Source: Auanema rhodensis
Taxonomy: Eukaryota > Animalia > Nematoda
DNA: 64,000 nucleotides
Direction of reading: 5' to 3'
Assembly: GCA_964057225.1 (NCBI GenBank)
Contig: OZ059898.1
Location: 17,670,001-17,734,000, forward strand
Part shown: one piece after another, positions 10,882 to 25,800 of the stretch
How the letters are laid out: the number at the start of each line of letters is the position of its first letter
How positions within the stretch are numbered: position 1 is the stretch's first letter
Translations under genes and position numbers: made by a program
Notes under the pieces: model-generated
Told to the model about the DNA's origin: nothing
Database searches by the model: none
Seen by the model: the letters and a program-made list of their open reading frames with translations, nothing else

Positions 10882-13800
10882 TCGTTGAATAACATTGTCC
10901 ATCGTCTTTGCCTTGAAAGAAGGAATCTAAAAACATCTACTTTTTGCTAAATTATTCTGAAATTTTTCGAAAAAATTTTTGTCAAAATGTTTTTGGAAGC
11001 AATGTTGAGTGTACATGGAAACTCAACATACACTAATGCATCATTTTTCAAACGATCATAACTAATTTTTGTATTAAGCGTTTTTCAATGTAGTATAGTG
11101 CATTCGATGCGGATTTTTAAGCTGCGTCGATCTGTGTTGTCAGATTTGCGCTAGCTAAAAAATGCACCGAGACATCAACTGATATAAGTTCACACTTATA
11201 TCCTCGATTTTCACCCTGAAGAAATAATTTTTTCGTTGAATAACATTGTCCATCGTCTTTGCCTTGAAAGAAGGAATCTAAAAACATCTACTTTTTGCTA
11301 AATTATTCTGAAATTTTTCGAAAAAATTTTTGTCAAAATGTTTTTGGAAGCAATGTTGAGTGTACATGGAAACTCAACATACACTAATGCATCATTTTTC
11401 AAACGATCATAACTAATTTCTGTATTAAGCGTTTCTCAATGTAGTATAGTGCATTCGATGCGGATTTTTAAGCTGCGTCGATCTGTGTTGTCAGATTTGC
11501 GCTAGCTTAAAAATGCACCGAGACATCAACTGATACAAGTTCACACTTATATCCTCGATTTTCACCCTGAAGAATTAATTTTTTCGTTGAATAACATTGT
11601 CCATCGTCTTTGCCTTGAAAAAAGAAATCTAAAAACATTTACTTTTTGCTAAATTATTTTGAAATTTTTCGAAAAAATTTTTGTCAAAATGTTTTTGGAA
11701 GCAATGTTGAGTGTACATGGAAACTCAACATACACTATTGCATCATTTTTCAAACGATCATAACTAATTTTTGTATTAAGCGTTTCTCAATGTAGTATAG
11801 TGCATTCGATGCGGATTTTTAAGCTGCGTCGATCTGTGTTATCAGATTTGCGCTAGCTTAAAAATGCACCGAGACATCAACTGATATAAGTTCACACTTA
11901 TATCCTCGATTTTCACCCTGAAGAATTTATTTTTTCGTTGAATAACATTGTCCATCGTCTTTGCCTTGAAAAAAGGAATCTAAAAACATCTACTTTTTGC
12001 TAAATTATTCTGAAATTTTTCGAAAAAATTTTTGTCAAAATGTTTTTGGAAGCAATGTTGAGTGTACATGGAAACTCAACATACACTAATGCATCATTTT
12101 TCAAACGATCATAACTAATTTTTGTATAAAGCGTTTCTCAATGTAGTATAGTGCATTCGATGCAGATTTGTAAGCTGCGTCGATCTGTGTTATCAGATTT
12201 GCGCTAGCTTAAAAATGCACCGAGACATCAACTGATATAAGTTCACACTTATATCCTCGATTTTCACCCTGAAGAAATAATTTTTTCGTTGAATAACATT
12301 GTCCATCGTCTTTGCCTTGAAAGAAGGAATCTAAAAACATCTACTTTTTGCTAAATTATTCTGAAATTTTTCGAAAAAATTTTTGTCAAAATGTTTTTGG
12401 AAGCAATGTTGAGTGTACATGGAAACTCAACATACACTAATGCATCATTTTTCAAACGATCATAACTAATTTCTGTATTAAGCGTTTCTCAATGTAGTAT
12501 AGTGCATTCGATGCGGATTTTTAAGCTGCGTCGATCTGTGTTGTCAGATTTGCGCTAGCTTAAAAATGCACCGAGACATCAACTGATACAAGTTCACACT
12601 TATATCCTCGATTTTCACCCTGAAGAATTAATTTTTTCGTTGAATAACATTGTCCATCGTCTTTGCCTTGAAAAAAGAAATCTAAAAACATTTACTTTTT
12701 GCTAAATTATTTTGAAATTTTTCGAAAAAATTTTTGTCAAAATGTTTTTGGAAGCAATGTTGAGTGTACATGGAAACTCAACATACACTATTGCATCATT
12801 TTTCAAACGATCATAACTAATTTTTGTATTAAGCGTTTTTCAATGTAGTATAGTGCATTCGATGCGGATTTTTAAGCTGCGTCGATCTGTGTTATCAGAT
12901 TTGCGCTAGCTTAAAAATGCACCGAGACATCAACTGATATAAGTTCACACTTATATCCTCGATTTTCACCCTGAAGAATTTATTTTTTCGTTGAATAACA
13001 TTGTCCATCGTCTTTGCCTTGAAAAAAGGAATCTAAAAACATCTACTTTTTGCTAAATTATTTTGAAATTTTTCGAAAAAATTTTTGTCAAAATGTTTTT
13101 GGAAGCAATGTTGAGTGTACATGGAAACTCAACATACACTAATGCATCATTTTTCAAACGATCATAACTAATTTCTGTATTAAACGTTTCTCAATGTAGT
13201 ATAGTGCATTCGATGCGGATTTTTAAGCTGCGTCGATCTGTGTTATCAGATTTGCGCTAGCTTAAAAATGCACCGAGACATCAACTGATATAAGTTCACA
13301 CTTATATCCTCGATTTTCACCCTGAAGAATTGATTTTTTCGTTGAATAACATTGTCCATCGTCTTTGCCTTGAAAAACGAAATCTAAAAACATTTACTTT
13401 TTGCTAAATTATTTTGAAATTTTTCGAAAAAATTTTTGTCAAAATGTTTTTGGAAGCAATGTTGAGTGTACATGGAAACTCAACATACACTATTGCATCA
13501 TTTTTCAAACGATCATAACTAATTTTTGTATTAAGCGTTTCTCAATGTAGTATAGTGCATTCGATGCGGATTTTTAAGCTGCGTCGATCTGTGTTGTCAG
13601 ATTTGCGCTAGCTTAAAAATGCACCGAGACATCAACTGATACAAGTTCACACTTATATCCTCGATTTTCACCCTGAAGAAATAATTTTTTCGTTGAATAA
13701 CATTGTCCATCGTCTTTGCCTTGAAAGAAGGAATCTAAAAACATCTACTTTTTGCTAAATTATTCTGAAATTTTTCGAAAAAATTTTTGTCAAAATGTTT

Positions 13801-16800
13801 TTGGAAGCAATGTTGAGTGTACATGGAAACTCAACATACACTATTGCATCATTTTTCAAACGATCATAACTAATTTTTGTATTAAGCGTTTCTCAATGTA
13901 GTATAGTGCATTCGATGCAAATTTGTAAGCTGCGTCGATCTGTGTTATCAGATTTGCGCTAGCTTAAAAATGCACCGAGACATCAACTGATACAAGTTCA
14001 CACTTATATCCTCGATTTTCACCCTGAAGAATTAATTTTTTCGTTGAATAACATTGTCCATCGTCTTTGCCTTGAAAAAAGAAATCTAAAAACATTTACT
14101 TTTTGCTAAATTATTTTGAAATTTTTCGAAAAAATTTTTGTCAAAATGTTTTTGGAAGCAATGTTGAGTGTACATGGAAACTCAACATACACTATTGCAT
14201 CATTTTTCAAACGATCATAACTAATTTTTGTATTAAGCGTTTTTCAATGTAGTATAGTGCATTCGATGCGGATTTTTAAGCTGCGTCGATCTGTGTTATC
14301 AGATTTGCGCTAGCTTAAAAATGCACCGAGACATCAACTGATATAAGTTCACACTTATATCCTCGATTTTCACCCTGAAGAATTTATTTTTTCGTTGAAT
14401 AACATTGTCCATCGTCTTTGCCTTGAAAAAAGGAATCTAAAAACATCTACTTTTTGCTAAATTATTTTGAAATTTTTCGAAAAAATTTTTGTCAAAATGT
14501 TTTTGGAAGCAATGTTGAGTGTACATGGAAACTCAACATACACTAATGCATCATTTTTCAAACGATCATAACTAATTTCTGTATTAAACGTTTCTCAATG
14601 TAGTATAGTGCATTCGATGCGGATTTTTAAGCTGCGTCGATCTGTGTTATCAGATTTGCGCTAGCTTAAAAATGCACCGAGACATCAACTGATATAAGTT
14701 CACACTTATATCCTCGATTTTCACCCTGAAGAATTGATTTTTTCGTTGAATAACATTGTCCATCGTCTTTGCCTTGAAAAACGAAATCTAAAAACATTTA
14801 CTTTTTGCTAAATTATTTTGAAATTTTTCGAAAAAATTTTTGTCAAAATGTTTTTGGAAGCAATGTTGAGTGTACATGGAAACTCAACATACACTATTGC
14901 ATCATTTTTCAAACGATCATAACTAATTTTTGTATTAAGCGTTTCTCAATGTAGTATAGTGCATTCGATGCGGATTTTTAAGCTGCGTCGATCTGTGTTG
15001 TCAGATTTGCGCTAGCTTAAAAATGCACCGAGACATCAACTGATACAAGTTCACACTTATATCCTCGATTTTCACCCTGAAGAAATAATTTTTTCGTTGA
15101 ATAACATTGTCCATCGTCTTTGCCTTGAAAGAAGGAATCTAAAAACATCTACTTTTTGCTAAATTATTCTGAAATTTTTCGAAAAAATTTTTGTCAAAAT
15201 GTTTTTGGAAGCAATGTTGAGTGTACATGGAAACTCAACATACACTAATGCATCATTTTTCAAACGATCATAACTAATTTTTGTATAAAGCGTTTCTCAA
15301 CGTAGTATAGTGCATTCGATGCAAATTTGTAAGCTGCGTCGATCTGTGTTATCAGATTTGCGCTAGCTTAAAAATGCACCGAGACATCAACTGATACAAG
15401 TTCACACTTATATCCTCGATTTTCACCCTGAAGAAATAATTTTTTCGTTGAATAACATTGTCCATCGTCTTTGCCTTAAAAGAAGGAATCTAAAAACATC
15501 TACTTTTTGCTAAATTATTCTGAAATTTTTCGAAAAAATTTTTGTCAAAATGTTTTTGGAAGCAATGTTGAGTGTACATGGAAACTCAACATACACTAAT
15601 GCATCATTTTTCAAACGATCATAACTAATTTCTGTATTAAGCGTTTCTCAATGTAGTATAGTGCATTCGATGCGGATTTTTAAGCTGCGTCGATCTGTGT
15701 TGTCAGATTTGCGCTAGCTTAAAAATGCACCGAGACATCAACTGATACAAGTTCACACTTATATCCTCGATTTTCACCCTGAAGAATTAATTTTTTCGTT
15801 GAATAACATTGTCCATCGTCTTTGCCTTGAAAAAAGAAATCTAAAAACATTTACTTTTTGCTAAATTATTTTGAAATTTTTCGAAAAAATTTTTGTCAAA
15901 ATGTTTTTGGAAGCAATGTTGAGTGTACATGGAAACTCAACATACACTATTGCATCATTTTTCAAACGATCATAACAAATTTTTGTATTAAGCGTTTTTC
16001 AATGTAGTATAGTGCATTCGATGCGGATTTTTAAGCTGCGTCGATCTGTGTTATCAGATTTGCGCTAGCTTAAAAATGCACCGAGACATCAACTGATATA
16101 AGTTCACACTTATATCCTCGATTTTCACCCTGAAGAATTTATTTTTTCGTTGAATAACATTGTCCATCGTCTTTGCTTAAAAAAAAGGAATCTAAAAACA
16201 TCTACTTTTTGCTAAATTATTCTGAAATTTTTCGAAAAAATTTTTGTCAAAATGTTTTTGGAAGCAATGTTGAGTGTACATGGAAACTCAACATACACTA
16301 ATGCATCATTTTTCAAACGATCATAACTAATTTCTGTATTAAACGTTTCTCAATGTAGTATAGTGCATTCGATGCGGATTTTTAAGCTGCGTCGATCTGT
16401 GTTATCAGATTTGCGCTAGCTTAAAAATGCACCGAGACATCAACTGATATAAGTTCACACTTATATCCTCGATTTTCACCCTGAAGAATTGATTTTTTCG
16501 TTGAATAACATTGTCCATCGTCTTTGCCTTGAAAAACGAAATCTAAAAACATTTACTTTTTGCTAAATTATTTTGAAATTTTTCGAAAAAATTTTTGTCA
16601 AAATGTTTTTGGAAGCAATGTTGAGTGTACATGGAAACTCAACATACACTATTGCATCATTTTTCAAACGATCATAACTAATTTTTGTATTAAGCGTTTC
16701 TCAATGTAGTATAGTGCATTCGATGCGGATTTTTAAGCTGCGTCGATCTGTGTTATCAGATTTGCGCTAGCTTAAAAATGCACCGAGACATCAACTGATA

Positions 16801-19800
16801 TAAGTTCACACTTATATCCTCGATTTTCACCCTGAAGAATTTATTTTTTCGTTGAATAACATTGTCCATCGTCTTTGCCTTGAAAAAAGGAATCTAAAAA
16901 CATCTACTTTTTGCTAAATTATTCTGAAATTTTTCGAAAAAATTTTTGTCAAAATGTTTTTGGAAGCAATGTTGAGTGTACATGGAAACTCAACATACAC
17001 TAATGCATCATTTTTCAAACGATCATAACTAATTTTTGTATAAAGCGTTTCTCAATGTAGTATAGTGCATTCGATGCAGATTTGTAAGCTGCGTCGATCT
17101 GTGTTATCAGATTTGCGCTAGCTTAAAAATGCACCGAGACATCAACTGATATAAGTTCACACTTATATCCTCGATTTTCACCCTGAAGAAATAATTTTTT
17201 CGTTGAATAACATTGTCCATCGTCTTTGCCTTGAAAGAAGGAATCTAAAAACATCTACTTTTTGCTAAATTATTCTGAAATTTTTCGAAAAAATTTTTGT
17301 CAAAATGTTTTTGGAAGCAATGTTGAGTGTACATGGAAACTCAACATACACTAATGCATCATTTTTCAAACGATCATAACTAATTTCTGTATTAAACGTT
17401 TCTCAATGTAGTATAGTGCATTCGATGCGGATTTTTAAGCTGCGTCGATCTGTGTTATCAGATTTGCGCTAGCTTAAAAATGCACCGAGACATCAACTGA
17501 TATAAGTTCACACTTATATCCTCGATTTTCACCCTGAAGAATTGATTTTTTCGTTGAATAACATTGTCCATCGTCTTTGCCTTGAAAAACGAAATCTAAA
17601 AACATTTACTTTTTGCTAAATTATTTTGAAATTTTTCGAAAAAATTTTTGTCAAAATGTTTTTGGAAGCAATGTTGAGTGTACATGGAAACTCAACATAC
17701 ACTATTGCATCATTTTTCAAACGATCATAACTAATTTTTGTATTAAGCGTTTCTCAATGTAGTATAGTGCATTCGATGCGGATTTTTAAGCTGCGTCGAT
17801 CTGTGTTATCAGATTTGCGCTAGCTTAAAAATGCACCGAGACATCAACTGATATAAGTTCACACTTATATCCTCGATTTTCACCCTGAAGAATTTATTTT
17901 TTCGTTGAATAACATTGTCCATCGTCTTTGCCTTGAAAAAAGGAATCTAAAAACATCTACTTTTTGCTAAATTATTCTGAAATTTTTCGAAAAAATTTTT
18001 GTCAAAATGTTTTTGGAAGCAATGTTGAGTGTACATGGAAACTCAACATACACTAATGCATCATTTTTCAAACGATCATAACTAATTTTTGTATAAAGCG
18101 TTTCTCAATGTAGTATAGTGCATTCGATGCAGATTTGTAAGCTGCGTCGATCTGTGTTATCAGATTTGCGCTAGCTTAAAAATGCACCGAGACATCAACT
18201 GATATAAGTTCACACTTATATCCTCGATTTTCACCCTGAAGAAATAATTTTTTCGTTGAATAACATTGTCCATCGTCTTTGCCTTGAAAGAAGGAATCTA
18301 AAAACATCTACTTTTTGCTAAATTATTCTGAAATTTTTCGAAAAAATTTTTGTCAAAATGTTTTTGGAAGCAATGTTGAGTGTACATGGAAACTCAACAT
18401 ACACTAATGCATCATTTTTCAAACGATCATAACTAATTTCTGTATTAAGCGTTTCTCAATGTAGTATAGTGCATTCGATGCGGATTTTTAAGCTGCGTCG
18501 ATCTGTGTTGTCAGATTTGCGCTAGCTTAAAAATGCACCGAGACATCAACTGATACAAGTTCACACTTATATCCTCGATTTTCACCCTGAAGAATTAATT
18601 TTTTCGTTGAATAACATTGTCCATCGTCTTTGCCTTGAAAAAAGAAATCTAAAAACATTTACTTTTTGCTAAATTATTTTGAAATTTTTCGAAAAAATTT
18701 TTGTCAAAATGTTTTTGGAAGCAATGTTGAGTGTACATGGAAACTCAACATACACTAATGCATCATTTTTCAAACGATCATAACTAATTTCTGTATTAAG
18801 CGTTTCTCAATGTAGTATAGTGCATTCGATGCGGATTTTTAAGCTGCGTCGATCTGTGTTGTCAGATTTGCGCTAGCTTAAAAATGCACCGAGACATCAA
18901 CTGATATAAGTTCACACTTATATCCTCGATTTTCACCCTGAAGAATTAATTTTTTCGTTGAATAACGTTGTCCATCGTCTTTGCCTTGAAAAAAGGAATC
19001 TAAAAACATCTACTTTTTGCTAAATTATTTCGAAATTTTTCGAAAAAATTTTTGTCAAAATGTTTTTGGAAGCAATGTTGAGTGTACATGGAAACTCAAC
19101 ATACACTAATGCATCATTTTTCAAACGATCATAACTAATTTTTGTATTAAGCGTTTTTCAATGTAGTATAGTGCATTCGATGCGGATTTTTAAGCTGCGT
19201 CGATCTGTGTTATCAGATTTGCGCTAGCTTAAAAATGCACCGAGACATCAACTGATATAAGTTCACACTTATATCCTCGATTTTCACCCTGAAGAATTAA
19301 TTTTTTCGTTGAATAACATTGTCCATCGTCTTTGCCTTGAAAAAAGGAATCTAAAAACATCTACTTTTTGCTAAATTATTCTGAAATTTTTCGAAAAAAT
19401 TTTTGTCAAAATGTTTTTGGAAGCAATGTTGAGTGTACATGGAAACTCAACATACACTAATGCATCATTTTTCAAACGATCATAACTAATTTCTGTATTA
19501 AACGTTTCTCAATGTAGTATAGTGCATTCGATGCGGATTTTTAAGCTGCGTCGATCTGTGTTGTCAGATTTGCGCTAGCTTAAAAATGCACCGAGACATC
19601 AACTGATACAAGTTCACACTTATATCCTCGATTTTCACCCTGAAGAATTAATTTTTTCGTTGAATAACATTGTCCATCGTCTTTGCCTTGAAAAAAGAAA
19701 TCTAAAAACATTTACTTTTTGCTAAATTATTTTGAAATTTTTCGAAAAAATTTTTGTCAAAATGTTTTTGGAAGCAATGTTGAGTGTACATGGAAACTCA

Positions 19801-22800
19801 ACATACACTAATGCATCATTTTTCAAACGATCATAACTAATTTTTGTATTAAGCGTTTCTCAATGTAGTATAGTGCATTCGATGCGGATTTTTAAGCTGC
19901 GTCGATCTGTGTTGTCAGATTTGCGCTAGCTTAAAAATGCACCGAGACATCAACTGATATAAGTTCACACTTATATCCTCGATTTTCACCCTGAAGAATT
20001 AATTTTTTCGTTGAATAACGTTGTCCATCGTCTTTGCCTTGAAAAAAGGAATCTAAAAACATCTACTTTTTGCTAAATTATTTCGAAATTTTTCGAAAAA
20101 ATTTTTGTCAAAATGTTTTTGGAAGCAATGTTGAGTGTACATGGAAACTCAACATACACTAATGCATCATTTTTCAAACGATCATAACTAATTTTTGTAT
20201 TAAGCGTTTTTCAATGTAGTATAGTGCATTCGATGCGGATTTTTAAGCTGCGTCGATCTGTGTTATCAGATTTGCGCTAGCTTAAAAATGCACCGAGACA
20301 TCAACTGATATAAGTTCACACTTATATCCTCGATTTTCACCCTGAAGAATTAATTTTTTCGTTGAATAACATTGTCCATCGTCTTTGCCTTGAAAAAAGG
20401 AATCTAAAAACATCTACTTTTTGCTAAATTATTTTGAAATTTTTCGAAAAAATTTTTGTCAAAATGTTTTTGGAAGCAATGTTGAGTGTACATGGAAACT
20501 CAACATACACTAATGCATCATTTTTCAAACGATCATAACTAATTTCTGTATTAAGCGTTTCTCAATGTAGTATAGTGCATTCGATGCGGATTTTTAAGCT
20601 GCGTCGATCTGTGTTGTCAGATTTGCGCTAGCTTAAAAATGCACCGAGACATCAACTGATATAAGTTCACACTTATATCCTCGATTTTCACCCTGAAGAA
20701 TTAATTTTTTCGTTGAATAACGTTGTCCATCGTCTTTGCCTTGAAAAAAGGAATCTAAAAACATCTACTTTTTGCTAAATTATTTCGAAATTTTTCGAAA
20801 AAATTTTTGTCAAAATGTTTTTGGAAGCAATGTTGAGTGTACATGGAAACTCAACATACACTAATGCATCATTTTTCAAACGATCATAACTAATTTTTGT
20901 ATTAAGCGTTTTTCAATGTAGTATAGTGCATTCGATGCGGATTTTTAAGCTGCGTCGATCTGTGTTGTCAGATTTGCGCTAGCTTAAAAATGCACCGAGA
21001 CATCAACTGATATAAGTTCACACTTATATCCTCGATTTTCACCCTGAAGAATTGATTTTTTCGTTGAATAACGTTGTCCATCGTCTTTGCCTTGAAAAAA
21101 GGAATCTAAAAACTTCTACTTTTTGCTAAATTATTCTGAAATTTTTCGAAAAAATTTTTGTCAAAATGTTTTTGGAAGCAATGTTGAGTGTACATGGAAA
21201 CTCAACATACACTAATGCATCATTTTTCAAACGATCATAACTAATTTCTGTATTAAACGTTTCTCAATGTAGTATAGTGCATTCGATGCGGATTTTTAAG
21301 CTGCGTCGATCTGTGTTATCAGATTTGCGCTAGCTTAAAAATGCACCGAGACATCAACTGATATAAGTTCACACTTATATCCTCGATTTTCACCCTGAAG
21401 AATTGATTTTTTCGTTGAATAACATTGTCCATCGTCTTTGCCTTGAAAAACGAAATCTAAAAACATTTACTTTTTGCTAAATTATTTTGAAATTTTTCGA
21501 AAAAATTTTTGTCAAAATGTTTTTGGAAGCAATGTTGAGTGTACATGGAAACTCAACATACACTATTGCATCATTTTTCAAACGATCATAACTAATTTCT
21601 GTATTAAACGTTTCTCAATGTAGTATAGTGCATTCGATGCGGATTTTTAAGCTGCGTCGATCTGTGTTATCAGATTTGCGCTAGCTTAAAAATGCACCGA
21701 GACATCAACTGATATAAGTTCACACTTATATCCTCGATTTTCACCCTGAAGAATTAATTTTTTCGTTGAATAACATTGTCCATCGTCTTTGCCTTGAAAA
21801 AAGGAATCTAAAAACATCTACTTTTTGCTAAATTATTCTGAAATTTTTCGAAAAAATTTTTGTCAAAATGTTTTTGGAAGCAATGTTGAGTGTACATGGA
21901 AACTCAACATACACTAATGCATCATTTTTCAAACGATCATAACTAATTTTTGTATTAAGCGTTTCTCAATGTAGTATAGTGCATTCGATGCGGATTTTTA
22001 AGCTGCGTCGATCTGTGTTATCAGATTTGCGCTAGCTTAAAAATGCACCGAGACATCAACTGATATAAGTTCACACTTATATCCTCGATTTTCACCCTGA
22101 AGAATTTATTTTTTCGTTGAATAACATTGTCCATCGTCTTTGCCTTGAAAAAAGAAATCTAAAAACATTTACTTTTTGCTAAATTATTCTGAAATTTTTC
22201 GAAAAAATTTTTGTCAAAATGTTTTTGGAAGCAATGTTGAGTGTACATGGAAACTCAACATACACTAATGCATCATTTTTCAAACGATCATAACTAATTT
22301 CTGTATTAAGCGTTTCTCAATGTAGTATAGTGCATTCGATGCGGATTTTTAAGCTGCGTCGATCTGTGTTGTCAGATTTGCGCTAGCTTAAAAATGCACC
22401 GAGACATCAACTGATACAAGTTCACACTTATATCCTCGATTTTCACCCTGAAGAATTAATTTTTTCGTTGAATAACATTGTCCATCGTCTTTGCCTTGAA
22501 AAAAGAAATCTAAAAACATTTACTTTTTGCTAAATTATTTTGAAATTTTTCGAAAAAATTTTTGTCAAAATGTTTTTGGAAGCAATGTTGAGTGTACATG
22601 GAAACTCAACATACACTAATGCATCATTTTTCAAACGATCATAACTAATTTCTGTATTAAACGTTTCTCAATGTAGTATAGTGCATTCGATGCGGATTTT
22701 TAAGCTGCGTCGATCTGTGTTATCAGATTTGCGCTAGCTTAAAAATGCACCGAGACATCAACTGATATAAGTTCACACTTATATCCTCGATTTTCACCCT

Positions 22801-25800
22801 GAAGAATTGATTTTTTCGTTGAATAACATTGTCCATCGTCTTTGCCTTGAAAAACGAAATCTAAAAACATTTACTTTTTGCTAAATTATTTTGAAATTTT
22901 TCGAAAAAATTTTTGTCAAAATGTTTTTGGAAGCAATGTTGAGTGTACATGGAAACTCAACATACACTATTGCATCATTTTTCAAACGATCATAACTAAT
23001 TTCTGTATTAAACGTTTCTCAATGTAGTATAGTGCATTCGATGCGGATTTTTAAGCTGCGTCGATCTGTGTTATCAGATTTGCGCTAGCTTAAAAATGCA
23101 CCGAGACATCAACTGATATAAGTTCACACTTATATCCTCGATTTTCACCCTGAAGAATTGATTTTTTCGTTGAATAACATTGTCCATCGTCTTTGCCTTG
23201 AAAAACGAAATCTAAAAACATTTACTTTTTGCTAAATTATTTTGAAATTTTTCGAAAAAATTTTTGTCAAAATGTTTTTGGAAGCAATGTTGAGTGTACA
23301 TGGAAACTCAACATACACTATTGCATCATTTTTCAAACGATCATAACTAATTTCTGTATTAAACGTTTCTCAATGTAGTATAGTGCATTCGATGCGGATT
23401 TTTAAGCTGCGTCGATCTGTGTTATCAGATTTGCGCTAGCTTAAAAATGCACCGAGACATCAACTGATATAAGTTCACACTTATATCCTCGATTTTCACC
23501 CTGAAGAATTGATTTTTTCGTTGAATAACATTGTCCATCGTCTTTGCCTTGAAAAACTAAATCTAAAAACATTTACTTTTTGCTAAATTATTTTGAAATT
23601 TTTCGAAAAAATTTTTGTCAAAATGTTTTTGGAAGCAATGTTGAGTGTACATGGAAACTCAACATACACTAATGCATCATTTTTCAAACGATCATAACTA
23701 ATTTTTGTATTAAGCGTTTCTCAATGTAGTATAGTGCATTCGATGCGGATTTTTAAGCTGCGTCGATCTGTGTTATCAGATTTGCGCTAGCTTAAAAATG
23801 CACCGAGACATCAACTGATATAAGTTCACACTTATATCCTCGATTTTCACCCTGAAGAATTTATTTTTTCGTTGAATAACATTGTCCATCGTCTTTGCCT
23901 TGAAAAAAGAAATCTAAAAACATTTACTTTTTGCTAAATTATTCTGAAATTTTTCGAAAAAATTTTTGTCAAAATGTTTTTGGAAGCAATGTTGAGTGTA
24001 CATGGAAACTCAACATACACTAATGCATCATTTTTCAAACGATCATAACTAATTTCTGTATTAAGCGTTTCTCAATGTAGTATAGTGCATTCGATGCGGA
24101 TTTTTAAGCTGCGTCGATCTGTGTTGTCAGATTTGCGCTAGCTTAAAAATGCACCGAGACATCAACTGATACAAGTTCACACTTATATCCTCGATTTTCA
24201 CCCTGAAGAATTAATTTTTTCGTTGAATAACATTGTCCATCGTCTTTGCCTTAAAAAAAGAAATCTAAAAACATTTACTTTTTGCTAAATTATTTTGAAA
24301 TTTTTCGAAAAAATTTTTGTCAAAATGTTTTTGGAAGCAATGTTGAGTGTACATGGAAACTCAACATACACTATTGCATCATTTTTCAAACGATCATAAC
24401 TAATTTTTGTATTAAGCGTTTCTCAATGTAGTATAGTGCATTCGATGCGGATTTTTAAGCTGCGTCGATCTGTGTTATCAGATTTGCGCTAGCTTAAAAA
24501 TGCACCGAGACATCAACTGATATAAGTTCACACTTATATCCTCGATTTTCACCCTGAAGAATTAATTTTTTCGTTGAATAACGTTGTCCATCGTCTTTGC
24601 CTTGAAAAAAGGAATCTAAAAACATCTACTTTTTGCTAAATTATTTCGAAATTTTTCGAAAAAATTTTTGTCAAAATGTTTTTGGAAGCAATGTTGAGTG
24701 TACATGGAAACTCAACATACACTAATGCATCATTTTTCAAACGATCATAACTAATTTTTGTATTAAGCGTTTTTCAATGTAGTATAGTGCATTCGATGCG
24801 GATTTTTAAGCTGCGTCGATCTGTGTTATCAGATTTGCGCTAGCTTAAAAATGCACCGAGACATCAACTGATATAAGTTCACACTTATATCCTCGATTTT
24901 CACCCTGAAGAATTTATTTTTTCGTTGAATAACATTCTCCATCGTCTTTGCCTTGAAAAAAGGAATCTAAAAACATCTACTTTTTGCTAAATTATTCTGA
25001 AATTTTTCGAAAAAATTTTTGTCAAAATGTTTTTGGAAGCAATGTTGAGTGTACATGGAAACTCAACATACACTAATGCATCATTTTTCAAACGATCATA
25101 ACTAATTTCTGTATTAAGCGTTTCTCAATGTAGTATAGTGCATTCGATGCGGATTTTTAAGCTGCGTCGATCTGTGTTGTCAGATTTGCGCTAGCTTAAA
25201 AATGCACCGAGACATCAACTGATACAAGTTCACACTTATATCCTCGATTTTCACCCTGAAGAATTAATTTTTTCGTTGAATAACATTGTCCATCGTCTTT
25301 GCCTTGAAAAAAGAAATCTAAAAACATTTACTTTTTGCTAAATTATTTTGAAATTTTTCGAAAAAATTTTTGTCAAAATGTTTTTGGAAGCAATGTTGAG
25401 TGTACATGGAAACTCAACATACACTATTGCATCATTTTTCAAACGATCATAACTAATTTTTGTGTTAAGCGTTTCTCAATGTAGTATAGTGCATTCGATG
25501 CGGATTTTTAAGCTGCGTCGATCTGTGTTATCAGATTTGCGCTAGCTTAAAAATGCACCGAGACATCAACTGATATAAGTTCACACTTATATCCTCGATT
25601 TTCACCCTGAAGAATTAATTTTTTCGTTGAATAACGTTGTCCATCGTCTTTGCCTTGAAAAAAGGAATCTAAAAACATCTACTTTTTGCTAAATTATTTC
25701 GAAATTTTTCGAAAAAATTTTTGTCAAAATGTTTTTGGAAGCAATGTTGAGTGTACATGGAAACTCAACATACACTAATGCATCATTTTTCAAACGATCA

